A DNA stretch of 64,000 nucleotides from Octopus sinensis (lineage: Eukaryota): contig NC_042997.1 in NCBI RefSeq assembly GCF_006345805.1, forward strand, positions 55,552,001 through 55,616,000, given 5' to 3'. The notes under the pieces were generated by a model, which was not told the DNA's origin, ran no database searches, and saw nothing but the letters and a program-made list of their open reading frames with translations. How positions within the stretch are numbered: the first letter of the stretch is position 1; the number at the start of each line of letters is the position of its first letter. A program made the translations under genes and the position numbers. Below, in pieces: positions 1 through 12,243 of this stretch.

Positions 1-238
1 CCCTGCTGTACTGTTTCATCACAACTTTCTCTCACTCTTTTTTCCTGTTTCTGTTGTACCTGTATTTTAAAGGGCCAGCCTTGCCACACACTGTGTCACT
101 CTGAATCTCCCCGAGAATTACGATAAGGGTACACGTGTCTAAGGAGTACTCAGCCACTTGCACGTTAATTTCACGAGCAGGCTGTTCCGCTGATTGCCTC
201 AACTGGAACCCTTGTGGTTGTAACCGATGGAGTGCCAA
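1..238 (+). mobile_element. 3' part of tRNA-derived SINE (family 3); head lies outside the window
   Basis: Positions 1-180 are the diverged reverse complement of ~62660-62840, and that copy carries a tRNA-like head with A and B boxes. Confidence 0.75.
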
Positions 239-264
239 GATATATATATATATATATATATATA

Positions 265-382
265 TAAGTACTGGGCTTACAAAGAATAAGTCCCGGGGTC
301 GATTTGCTCGACTAAAGGCGGTGCTCCAGCATGGCCGCAGTCAAATGACTGAAACAAGTAAAAGAGTAAAAGAGTAAAAGAG
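265..382 (+). mobile_element. 3' tail fragment of SINE family 1 (resembles octopus OK-type SINE)
   Basis: TAAGTACTGGGCTT...GGCGGTGCTCCAGCATGGCCGCAGTCAAATGACTGAAACAAG plus (TAAAAGAG)n matches the tails at 35749-35900 and 40365-40489. Confidence 0.9.
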
Positions 383-725
383 TATATATATATATATATA
401 TATAATTTACAAGGAAAGATGAGAGAAGTAGTTACCAGGGTAGCCAAATGTCACATAAGCACTTTAAGTTGTTACTAAGAAAACATACATGGGTAATAAT
501 TCTAATAATTCCAAAGAGAAGTGAGACGTGTTTTGGAGAACATAAGAGAAATGGAATAATATTATTAATAATAATCACACCTTAAATAATAATATTAATA
601 GAAATATTACAAGTGATTGTAATCCGAACAGAACATGTTTTCCTTCTCTTCCTCTCTCTTCTTACGAAGTCTAATTTCTTAACGGTATTTTTATAATTAC
701 TAGCGTTCTCTATCCACCCTTTGTT

Positions 726-1560
726 TTGCTAGAACTTCTCAGTCTGGGCCCTAAATTTATCTTGAGCCAACAGCCAAATGAAAAAATCTTAATCGACCTG
801 GAAGCCAACTTTTGTCGAACAGCCTGCCAACTCAAATGGCTATCGATGATAAAGAAGAAGAACAACAACACACTCGGCAAATTTCCCACGTACCAACTAG
901 ACCACCCATTCCACTCACACTCAACCAACCAAGAACTTAACCACAAACTATCCAGATTGAAACAGTCTATCTCCAACATCTTAAGGAAGGAATCGAAAAT
1001 AAGTCCAAATTAACCAAGGCGCAACATAACACATTGACTAAAAAGCAAAAACCTTGTATAATTACCATCAGTTAAAGGAAAAGAAATCTGCATGATTTCT
1101 TGTGAAGTATATGATAGACTGGCACTAGAACATTTAAGCAATGACAGGCTATATTCTGAAGTGATAGATATAACTGCGACCAGGATTGAGGACCGAATTA
1201 ACACCGCATGGACGGACATCTGTAGACGCAGACAAATACATAATAAATTCAAGAACAACTTCATCATAGAGAACAGAAGATTACTCAGATTTTATCACCT
1301 CATTAAAACACACAAGAATAGCAACACGATCCAGATTAGACCCATCGTCTCCTGCGTGGAAGGCCTCTATATAAAATATCCTGGTTACTTTCTCACATCC
1401 TGAAACCCACACTCTCCACCTTTCCTGGACACGTCAAGAACTCCGACGAAGTGGTTTAGCAATCTTCCTAATGCTAAATTGCCTAGTGTGCAGAGTCCGC
1501 AAACATCGTACCTACTGATCAACGGTCGACCCTGACTTTCTTTACACTTGCTCAGCACCC
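726..1560 (+). pseudogene. Decayed Penelope-like element RT, N-terminal half
   Basis: Across frames: LLSLGPKF, YDRLALEHLSND, FYHLIKTHK, IRPIVS, KISWLLSHIL and a motif-A-like DPDFLYT, in the expected order, broken by stops and frameshifts. Confidence 0.8.
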
Positions 1561-2114
1561 CACCACTACCGATGACTCGAATGATTGAAACCTTGTAGTT
1601 CCTCACAACAAATATCTATTTTTAGTTTTATTCAAGTACGGAGTGACCAATTCACTTCTGGTTTTATATGGTTTTGTATCAAGATGAAAATTTTCAAGAA
1701 AGCGCTAAAACACGTTAGTTCAATTGATCGTCTTTTGAATATGTTGTTTCGGTATACGTTGCGCCGGTTAAGTGATAGAGTTCTTCTTGAGGATTACATA
1801 TGTGTGGTGTGGTTTTGTGAGGTTGTATACGTGGTGTCATTTGATTCAGCTATGCATGGAAAAGCCTTCAAGGTGTTTGGCCATCTCTCTGGCGGCCAGG
1901 TAATCACGACTGAGGCTGAGCAAATTAGCACGAAACTGAATCGGTCTAGCGATGCTGTCGTCTGCTGAAGGATGTTATGCGTTCGCTCCCCTCCTGGCAA
2001 TACATATGTTACAGGGTACAGGCTGCACTTATAACCAACTGGTGGAAGATCTGCTTGGGGTTGAATTACTAGTAACATTGAACAGCGATATTGATATGGA
2101 AATTAACTTTACTC

Positions 2115-2115
<1 letters not shown>

Positions 2116-2182
<67 letters not shown>

Positions 2183-2300
2183 CTCTATCTCTCTCTATAT
2201 ATATATCTATAATATATATATATATAATATATATTATGTATGTATGTATGTATGTATGCATGCATGTATGTATGTATGTATAATATATATATATATATAA
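2116..2300. repeat. Compound microsatellite (TATC)n-(TA)n-(TATG)n
   Basis: Direct reading. Confidence 0.95.
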
Positions 2301-2445
2301 AATAAATATAGAGAGTGGTCACTATATGGCTCACTCTACACCAGTTAATCCAAAAGGTTTAAACCACAAAAAACATGTTTCCCATGAAAGTCAGTACGAT
2401 TGTTAGCTCACACGGACAGGGCAAATAAAAAATAACAAAAATACA

Positions 2446-2537
2446 GATTATTTTGGGACAATTGTTTCGCTATTAATGAATTAAATGTAATTTTACTTAC
2501 AAAAAAATCCACTTGTAGCTCGTCAGCCAAAACTATC
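2446..2537 (-). ncRNA. Type I hammerhead ribozyme (array copy 1)
   Basis: Reverse complement of the motif at 3109-3200. Confidence 0.85.
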
Positions 2538-3108
2538 TGGCTGAAATCCACTCAATCACACGCCAGATTTTACCATAACGATAAAACGCGTGTGGTTCAA
2601 TTGATTACACTCCGACGTTATAATTCAAATGCCCCAACTAACAGCGCGCCAAACTTTCACGGAAAACAAATACAGCATTTAGAAATAAATGCAGCATAAT
2701 TATAATTAATTAATAAGGGTGAGAGAATTAGATACTAATTTAATAGTATATCTATTCAACACCAAGGCCTAGTGCTTCGAGAAACCTGGATTATTATAAT
2801 ATTTTATAATATATTACAATATTTTTACAAAATAAATATAAGAGAGTGGTCACTATATGGCTCACTCTAGCACCAGGCCACTTGGTGTTGAATAGATATA
2901 CTATTAAATTAGTATCTAATTCTCTCACCCTTATTAATTAATTATAATTATGCTGCATTTATTTCTAAATGCTGTATTTGTTTTCCGTGAAAGTTTGGCG
3001 CGCTGTTAGTTGGGGCATTTGAATTATAACGTCGGATGTAATCAATTGAACCACACGCGTATTTATCGTTATGGTAAAATCTGGCGTGTGATGAGTGGAT
3101 TTCATCCA

Positions 3109-3200
3109 GATAGTTTTGGCTGACGAGCTACAAGTGGATTTTTTTTGTAAGTAAAATTACATTAATTCATTAATAGCGAAACAATTGTCCCAAAATAATC
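3109..3200 (+). ncRNA. Type I hammerhead ribozyme (array copy 2)
   Basis: Stem I gauAGuuuugg/ccaaaaUAauc, core CUGACGA (3120-3126), stem II GCUA/UAGC with ~43-nt insert, GAAA (3178-3181), palindromic stem III CAAUUG, GUC with predicted cut after C3189. Confidence 0.88.
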
Positions 3201-3638
3201 TGTATTTTTGTTATTTTTTTATTTGCCCTGTCCGTGTGAGCTAACAATCGTACTGACTTTCATGGGAAACATGTATTTTTGTGGTTGAAACCTTTTGGAT
3301 TAACTGGTGCTAGAGTGAGCCATATAGTGACCCTCTCTTATATTTATTTTGTAAAAATATTGTAATATATTATAAAATATTATAATAATCCAGGTTTCTC
3401 GGAGCACTAGGGCACTGGTGTTGAATAGATATACTATTAATTAGATCTAATTCTCTCACCCTTATTAGTTAATTATAATTATGCTGCATTTATTTCTAAA
3501 TGCTGTATTTGTTTTCCGTGAAAGTTTGGCGCGCTGTTAGTTGGGTATTTGAATTATAACGTCGGATGTAATCAATTGAACCACACGCGTATTTATCGTA
3601 TGGTAAAATCTGGCGTGTGATTGAGTGGATTTCATCCA

Positions 3639-3729
3639 GATAGTTTTGGCTGACGAGCTACAAGTGGATTTTTTTGTAAGTAAAATTACATTTAATTCAT
3701 TAATAGCGAAACAATTGTCCCAAAATATC
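3639..3729 (+). ncRNA. Type I hammerhead ribozyme (array copy 3)
   Basis: Same motif, CUGACGA at 3650-3656, predicted cut after C3719. Confidence 0.88.
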
Positions 3730-5819
3730 TGTATTTTTTTTATTTTTATTTGCCCTGTCCGTGTGAGCTAACAATCGTACTGACTTTCATGGGAAACATG
3801 TATTTTTGTGGTTGAAACCTTTTGGATAACTGGTGCTAGAGTGAGCCATATAGTGACCACTCTCTTATATTTATTTTGTAAAAATATTGTAATATATTAT
3901 AAAATATTATAATAATCCAGGTTTCTCGGAGCACTAGGCCACTTGGTGTTGAATAGATATACTATTAAATTAGTATCTAATTCTCTCACCCTTATTAATT
4001 AATTATATAATATATTATATATATATATATATATATTATATAAATACATATTGTTCTATTTCTGGATGGTCATTTTATTTAGTTATTTATTATCTATGTA
4101 TTTTGCCAAATTGATAAACATATATATATATATAAAGGCTATGTTATAATACTATTCCACAGCCATACCAACCAACAATCCAACATACCTCCATCATCAG
4201 CTGCTCCACGGATATCATTATGGTTTCGACACCTGGGCAGTACCATTCAATCTGGCGGCGTCAACAGCACTAAAGTAAGTGTTGTTTGAGAACAAACAAA
4301 CCAAAGAGACCACCACTTTCAAACACATTTACCCAATGTACAGTCATATCGATAAATCCATAAGTAAATTACAACCCCTCCTAAATACGTAACTAAACAG
4401 CGACAACTCTATTAAGTCAGAAAAAATTATAATCCCTACCGATTTCCGTAGTGTAATATAAAAGTAAAGCTTAATAGACGCATTATTTCAATCAATCAAT
4501 ATATAGGCAGGATTAAATACTAACCTTACTAAAACTACAACAAGAGACATTTAAACCAATGTACATTGTATCGGTATTAATAGTAAGCTGTAATAACTAA
4601 ATTATATGCTAAATTGCGATCCATCTTTAAGTTCATATAAATAATAATCCCACCGGTCTTCCATAGATACTACTATAATGAAAGTTCAAACTTTATAAAA
4701 TTTTTTCCAAAACAAAAATTAATTTAATATTTTTATGAGTGAAATACATTATTTCATCATTTAAAAGTTAATAATAATGCACTACATACTCATTAGTATA
4801 TCACCACTACAAGTTATAATATTAAATTACCAGTAACTAATATGCACTTAAATTTCATTAAATAGGAACTAATAAAAGTACTTGTAATAAACTAATATTA
4901 TAAACCTTGCTACGTTTAAAGCTAATTAAACTGTTTAAAAGACAATAAAACAGTTTAAAAGACAATTAAAAGACAACAAAACTACAAGTATTAACACGTT
5001 TTATCAGGCACGCAGTTCCCTCACCAAGAATTTAAAGAGCAACAAAATATTGATGACGTAGTGCGTAATTACCACTTTCTCAATTGTCTCAATACTGGTG
5101 ACGTAGTAAGCAAATAAAAGAAGGTCTTTTGCTATTGAACCATGGCAGGATAGGGCATGAGTGTACGTAAACAACATAAAAAGAAGGAAAGTCACCAACA
5201 AAAGCTTATACCAATTTATATATATATGAATTAAAACTGAAATTCGTGAGTCAAACTCTCAGCTTCTGTTTTAATAAAAAATAAAACTAAATATTTTTTA
5301 ACATGTATTGAGCAGTCATTTTCCCCATTCATTCGACATTAAATGACGTACATATATATATATATCATTCGACCACGGTACTGATTGAATATATTCTTAA
5401 GTCTACCATTTCGTCAATCGCAGCAGCTTCCAAGCTTCACCACTAATTCAGTTCTCAACTAAATTGCAAACTGTTAATTGTTTTAAAGGAGGTCACTTCC
5501 TCAGCTACACTTTGGCATAAATAGTTTGAGATTTGGTTCAGTTGAAAAAAAGTTACATCAAAATATCTACGACCTCAAGGCAGATATTCATCTTCATTTT
5601 AAATAATTTCTTTTTTAATTTCAAATTTCTTAGGCTTAAATGATAGAAAAATGCATAAGAAATTCAAAATCTCTCGTCGCATTGAACAGAAACTAGCAGA
5701 AAAAGAGTTATGAGGTAAAATGTTACGAAATTTCATGTCTGCAAGTAAGGAAGTAGGGGAGTAACGCTTCAGCAATAAGAATAAAGAATATATTTCTAAA
5801 ATGAATATTTACATTCTAA

Positions 5820-5943
5820 GGCGACGAGCTGGCAGAAACGTTAGCACGCTGGTAGAAGAGATAGCACGCCTAGCCAAATGCATATCGATATTTCTTCTGT
5901 CTTTACGTTTTGTAGTTCAAATTTCCAAGAGGTCGACTTTGAC
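5820..5943 (+). mobile_element. Decayed SINE family 2 (resembles octopus OR-type SINE)
   Basis: GGCGACGAGCTGGCAGAAACGTTAGCACG...AGTTCAAATT...GAGGTCGACTTTG, similar to 52989-53220. Confidence 0.75.
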
Positions 5944-6273
5944 GTACATATTATTTAATTTTTTTTAACTAAACACTTTCAAACTTCCGATACTGGTAGA
6001 ATATGTCACATAGAACAGGGTTTACTCTTAACGTTTTTGACAAAATTTCGTATTTTAGAAGCGGTATTTCCTCTGTCTTTACGTTCTGAGTTCAAATTCC
6101 GCCGAGGTCGACTTTGCTTTTCATCCATTTTGGAGCTATTCAGTTAGACACACAGATTATTTAATTAATTTTTTTTTAAACTAGACACTTTAAAACTTCC
6201 GATACTGGTAGAATGTGTCACGTAGAACAGGGCTTACTCTTAACGTTTTTGACAAAATTTTGTATTTTAGAAG
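5885..6273 (+). repeat. Tandem duplication of a chimeric SINE-body plus MITE-fragment unit
   Basis: Two units (5885-6061, 6062-6273), each TCTGTCTTTACGTT...GAGGTCGACTTTG followed by AAACTTCCGATACTGGTAGAAT...TATTTTAGAAG. Confidence 0.8.
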
Positions 6274-7115
6274 TTATTCCGTCAAAAGTTACAGAGTGAC
6301 AACGGATCAAATTCGAGTTTGATAAGTGCCAATAGACGAAACTCTCAGCTTTTGACTTACTCTCTAACTTCTGCCGATTATATATATACATATTACATAT
6401 ATGTGTAAAAAAATCTCATCACTCAATCGAACCAATGAAAGAGCCTCTACCTGGTCGCTCGACACGCTAAAAATAGCAGCCAAAGTATCCCCCTATCTAA
6501 ATCACATGCCTATTGTATGTAATGTCCTAGATTATCCCTAAAACGACGGTTTGCTGAAGGCTGGAATGTCTTTGATGATACATTTGCAGTATTAAGGTTT
6601 ATTTGCGGATAAGTAACAACATTATGGTCAATTTTTATATGAACACCTGTACAATTTTCACAAAGAAAAAAGAGAATTTGTTTGATTTTTTTTGCGTGGA
6701 ATCAACTACCCTGACCTCCTAATATGCTGGAAATCCCTTATTTTGGTTTGGAAAAATGATGGGGGGGGGGGGCACTAATCCCGGAATCATTGGAATTTTT
6801 TTTTCGTTGAATGAATTCCTGTGACCTGTGATTGCAAAATTAGGTTACTTAAGGTGAGCCTGGTAACTGATGGTTTTGTAACTTTTGGTGAGGTATGGTG
6901 CAACCAACAACATGGTAAAAATTCCTGCCATTAATTTGGGATGGATGGGTAATATCAAATAATTCAATCACTTTGAATATCATCACTTTGCAATACCATC
7001 GCTTACATGGAAAAATTGAAACATTATCTTTCAGTAGTTTATAAGGTAAAACCTTAAATTATTAATTGACACATTATTAATTATCTTATAACAGCAATGC
7101 CTGGAAAAATCATGG

Positions 7116-7613
7116 ATTACATGGAAAAATGCGAGCGTGAAAAGTCATATTCTTAAGATTATAACAATGGAAAAGTACAGGACGATTTATAACACCTGTA
7201 AAAGTATAGGACAAGCTATTCTAGTAAATTAAATATAAGAAACTTTTTACTTAAAATATTGAAGCAAAGAATGCCAGTTCTTCTAATTTATCACTCTTTA
7301 CAGCTCTTTTAAATTTATTGTATAAAACTGTTCAGCTAATTTGTTTATTTAGTCATTTTTTTCTTTATTTAAGATAGTAAATTAGCCAAATTCTATTTAA
7401 ATAAGTATAGTGTTATTTGTAAACTATAATAAAATAAGTTTTAATATTCAAATCTTAATTTTAGCTGAAATATTTTAAGTAAAACGTTTCTTATTCTTTA
7501 TTTACTAGAAGTAATAGCTTGCCCTATACTTTTACAGGTGTAATAACTTGTCCTGTACTTTTCCATGATTATAATCTTAAGAATATGACTTTTTATGATC
7601 GCATATTTACATG

Positions 7614-7617
<4 letters not shown>
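7116..7617. mobile_element. MITE with ~145-bp imperfect TIRs
   Basis: 7116-7265 is the imperfect reverse complement of 7464-7617 (ATTACATGGAAAAATGCG / CGCATATTTACATGTAAT; AGTCATATTCTTAAGATTATA / TATAATCTTAAGAATATGACT). Confidence 0.85.
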
Positions 7618-7685
<68 letters not shown>

Positions 7686-9769
7686 TACTTTGATACTTTT
7701 TCATAACCTTTCCCATGAATATATTAATTTTTTTTACTCCCAACTGAAAGAAGTTATTTTTCTATATGTAAACACAGAGAAAGAGAGAGAGAGAGAGAGA
7801 GAGACAGAGATAGAGACAGAGACAGAGACAGAGACAGAGAGAGAGACGGGGAGAGAGGTGAGAGAGAAAGAGAGAGAGAGATGACTATTATACGTTCCTG
7901 ACCATCAGAATGGATACAATGCACATCGTGTCAAATTTGATCATCAGAAATATAAACTTCGAATAACCACATTTGAACGGCCAGCTGTATTAAACGTGAG
8001 CAACTCTTGCCTGCCTACGTACACTATAAACACAGAGATACACATAGATGGCGTATGAGTGTACAATATAAAAAGAAGGAAAGTCACCAACAAAGGCTTA
8101 TAACAATACATTCAATGTTGAGGTTGTTTTATTTTTGCCAATTTTGTTACTATTATTGTTATTACTATTGTCGTTGCTACTGAGTCGCGATAGCCCTGAG
8201 ATATTATTTGATATTGTCATACAGTTCAGTGGGTGTAGAGATGTGTGGTTTAGCATCCCTAGAGGTAACTTTTCCTAGTTCATGTTATTTTGTACCCCAT
8301 TGCTCTGTGATCAAATGTATTCCAGCTGCGACCATTCCATCTTATTTTGAGAAATATTTTATCTAATATTTTATCGGAATACATATATACATACAAACAT
8401 ACATACAAGTATACATGCATACATATGTATATGTATGTGTGTGTTGGCATGAATACATACATATTCATATATATACACATGCATATACATATATGTATAT
8501 ATGCATATATACAAACATATATATACACACACACATATGTATATACATACATATGAATATAAATGTATGTATATAATTGTGTGTGTGTGTGAGAGAGAGA
8601 GAGAGTATATGCATGTGTGTACGTAGCAGATTATTTGTATCTAATCATAACAGTGCATAGACACGTTGCAGCTAGATACTACTTCAGTAAGGTAACACAA
8701 GAACCAATGAATTCACACATTAAAGCTGCCCCTCTATCCTTATATCCCCTTTGAAAGAGAAGGGCGTCACAGAGATATATAATCGATTGATTACTAGAAT
8801 TTCCTTGATCGGACATAAGGTTCCACAAGAGAAGTGAAAGATGGATAACCATTATCACACTAAAGATTAAAATTCTGAAAGGAGATCAAAGACGAATTCG
8901 ATGAGACATACTTTCTATCGCTTATTTGCTATGATCCTACTTTGAAGGATCAACATTTATGCTAATATTTATCTCTTTCATATGATAAATCATTGGCATT
9001 TATTGATAAAATCCCCAGGTATAGGTTTAGTATTTGTTCCTATGAGAGGAAGCACTTTACAAGATGGATGTTACATGATACACATTATAATTTGTGGTTT
9101 TATTTCATCAAAATCAGTTAGATGAGATGGTTTACCTCTCTCACTTGCAATGTTTTCTTCAATATTTGACTCAAAAACTTTTCAGTCAGAAATATGACAT
9201 AGGTTAATGCAAAGACGCCGATGTTTTTGTTAGGGAGAGATATATTACTGGCATTTAAAGATTATAAGGCAATGGGATTTGAATTCAGATCCGAGAGGAC
9301 TGAAACTAAATACTTTTAATTTAGTGGTATATCGTTACCTGATTCTTCTCCATAAATTTCATACCATTCCCAATAGCTTTGCAAGCTTGAGAGAAGAAAG
9401 GAAAAACACGTCGCGGTTTCAGACACTATTTCACCAAAATATTAACAGTACACTGTATACAATATTCTAGATAACCTGAACCTGTGTTTATGAAATCGCT
9501 CTCCAGTCACGTAAGTTTCTTCCAAAAATTCTCTATTCATCTGTTTTCTATAGTCAGTTGTAAAAATATCATTTCCTCAATTTGTCTCACCGAATTAATA
9601 GAGTTGTTAGTGCGTCGGATAGAATATCTAGGGGGTATTTGTTCTAACTGACTGTACTATAATTTCAAATTTTGTCAAAGTCATATTTGATTTTAATTCT
9701 TTCAAAGCAAATGAGCAAATGCCAGCCCACTACGATGTCTTGTTGGAATTGTTAGTGCGTCGGATATGT

Positions 9770-10300
9770 TCTGAAATTTCTGTTCCGGTTCTTTGCTTTT
9801 TGACTTGTCCATGCCTTTCCTTTCAACATTATCACTGGTGTGACTATCACAAGCAAAAATACCTTAAAAGGTCTGCTCTTTGGAAAGAAATGCAGATCCA
9901 TAGTCTCTCAAGATATGCGGGCCTTTTTTCCTCCGATATTATTTCTGAACGGCATTCCAGATGAAATAAGATAACGAAAAAATATGCCGGCATACGCATT
10001 TTCCTTTAAATATTATTCCTATGCAAAGCTTCATTTATAAAAATGTATTTTATTATTGCAAACTGACTGATTGCTTTCTATGAAATATAAACAGTCAAGT
10101 GAAGATGCTCCTGCAGTTCTTGTAATCTCATAATAAAGATTTCGTTTACCCAAACCTCTCGTAATATTCAATCCTAATCTTCTCTATAACATCTCTATCC
10201 ATTACTGACAAGTCTGTCTCACTTAAAACAGCGGTTGAATGATTTTCACAAAAGTCCGTTTCATTTAAGTACATAATTCATTTAAGTCATATCAATTCTT
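9770..10300 (-). pseudogene. Very old R4/Dong-like LINE RT relic (tentative)
   Basis: Minus frames give DRDVIEKIRIEYYER and DLHFFPKSRPFKVF, loosely like the post-RT region of the clearer relics in this window. Confidence 0.3.
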
Positions 10301-11107
10301 GTTGTAAACAGTTCATACAAAAAGTATAAAAGATTGTTGCACAAAGAATGTACTTTACATATTTTACATGGTTACGTAATTTATTTGGTAACAGAGAAAG
10401 CAATTGCATCTCTTGCAAAGTTGTAAGAAGAAGCCTATTCATACCCAAATGAAATTATCGGCATCGATTGAGTTCAACACAACAAAATGACGGATATTAG
10501 TTTAATTGTGGTGGCTGCTCCGCTAACACTGATCAACTGTAATGAAACATTGTACTAATGAACTGAGCTTATAAAAGTTTGTCTTTGACATGGCTACAAC
10601 TGAACAACACTGATGGGGTAGAAACCAATGTCCCTTTCACTCGAAGACCAACACTACAGTAAGTCGTATCATCTCATTAATTTAATTTTACAAGATACAT
10701 GTCCCCTTTCTCACACCTATTTAAAACCTTCATATTCATTTATAAGATCATTAACAGATCCTAAATACAACACAGCGATAAGCAAAGTGATGATACCATT
10801 GGTTTCTTTTAGTCTACAGCAGCATCACTAGCAGCAGTAACGGTAGTGGTAGTAACAGCAGCAGCAGCAGCAGCAATAGTAGTGGTGGTGGTGTTTAACC
10901 TCGGTCACATTTTACTCAACAGACCCCTGATTAAAGGTACTATCCCTCCTTTTTTTCTTTCTTGCACAGCATACTTTGGACTGTAATCTGTACTTTTGCT
11001 TTAAAACGATATAGATTTTGGTTGCTAAGTGTAGCAAATCGAGTGACTATGTAGAAGCTACCTAGAGTCAATGAGCTCGGATTTCCTTCATTGATACATA
11101 TTTTATC

Positions 11108-11362
11108 CTTTTCTTTTGCTTGTTTCAGTCATTGGACTGCGGCCATGCTGTGGCAACCATGCTGTGGCAACCGAAGGGTTTTAGTCGTTGAAATCGGCAT
11201 GTTTTTTTTTACGTCTGGTGCCTACTCTAAAGAAACTTTTGCCAAACCGCTAAGCCGCTAAGTTACGATGACGTAAAAAACCCAACACCAGCTGTCAAGT
11301 GGTGAGGCAGGGGTGGTTGACAAAAACACACTGACACACACACTCAACGCACACACACACAA

Positions 11363-11396
<34 letters not shown>

Positions 11397-11401
11397 GTAT
11401 A

Positions 11402-11478
<77 letters not shown>

Positions 11479-11643
11479 ATACACACACGAAGGGCTTCTA
11501 TCAGTTTCTGTCTACGAAATCCATTCACAAGGCGTTGGTCGGGCTGGAATTATAGTAGAAGGCACTTACCTAAGGTGTCACGCTGTAGGAATGAACCTGA
11601 AACCATGTAGTTGAGAATTTCTTACTACACAGTCATGACTGCT
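11108..11643 (-). mobile_element. SINE family 1, decayed full-length copy with internal microsatellite
   Basis: Tail (TTGTTTCAGTCATTGGACTGCGGCCATGCT), internal (CA)/(TA) tract and head remnant, all reverse complement. Confidence 0.8.
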
Positions 11644-12205
11644 TCTATATATGAGTGTATTTTATCAGTGTTCCGTCATTACTTCGAAGGACAGCATACA
11701 AAGGTTTTCACCCATTCATTAGACTACACCATGTTTATCTTTTACACCTATTGATTAGATGTTGAAAACGGGTACGTAATGTGGTCTTTTGTGATATCAA
11801 TTTTGCAGGTTTGGTACAACCCCGGTACATTACAGTTATTTACTCTATTGAACATGTGAATGACAAAGTGAATCACGATGAGACTTGCATTCACAACGTA
11901 AAAAACGCATAATTAAATGTCTTGTGGCATCGTATCTAGTTCCCTGCTCCGCAGTCAGTCCCTGCTACTCCAGTCCCCTATTTTGTGTGATAATAATTAG
12001 CAATCGTTTGGAATGGCATACATTCTTGGAGAAGTGTTTTCCCCCGTTTTTTTTTCCATTTTTTTTCTTTTTTTGTTCGAATTTCATAAAGGCACACAAA
12101 TATCTGTTCATAAAAGATGTGAGAGAACATATTTTTTAAAATTTTTACCAGACTATAGAACATGTGTATCAATACATCATATAAAGCACACACACACACA
12201 CACAC

Positions 12206-12243
<38 letters not shown>

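Larger units (their letters stand above)
2301..4005. repeat. ~530-bp hammerhead-containing tandem array with internal inversion (retrozyme-like or amplified PLE pseudo-LTR)
   Basis: About 1.1 units in minus orientation (2301-2875) and about 2.1 units in plus orientation (2876-4005). The HHR cores at 3120 and 3650 give a 530-bp period. Copies differ mainly by single-base indels. No ORF of 60 aa or more in the track. Confidence 0.9.

Noticed and set aside
520-560. Minus-strand CCAAAACACGTC resembling a decayed HHR 3' half
   Set aside because: No core or stem II recoverable.
1585-2110. Continuation of the first PLE (plus-strand GLAM...APLLAI...LLVTLNSD, or minus-strand GIY-YIG-like CNIC...RP...AKH)
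   Set aside because: Both readings are weak and mutually exclusive, and no YxDD motif is visible. Left unassigned.
4400-4960. Possible mitochondrial insertion (AT-rich, AGGATTAAATAC resembles a 12S motif)
   Set aside because: Only one short partial match; no other rRNA, tRNA or mitochondrial protein motifs recognised.
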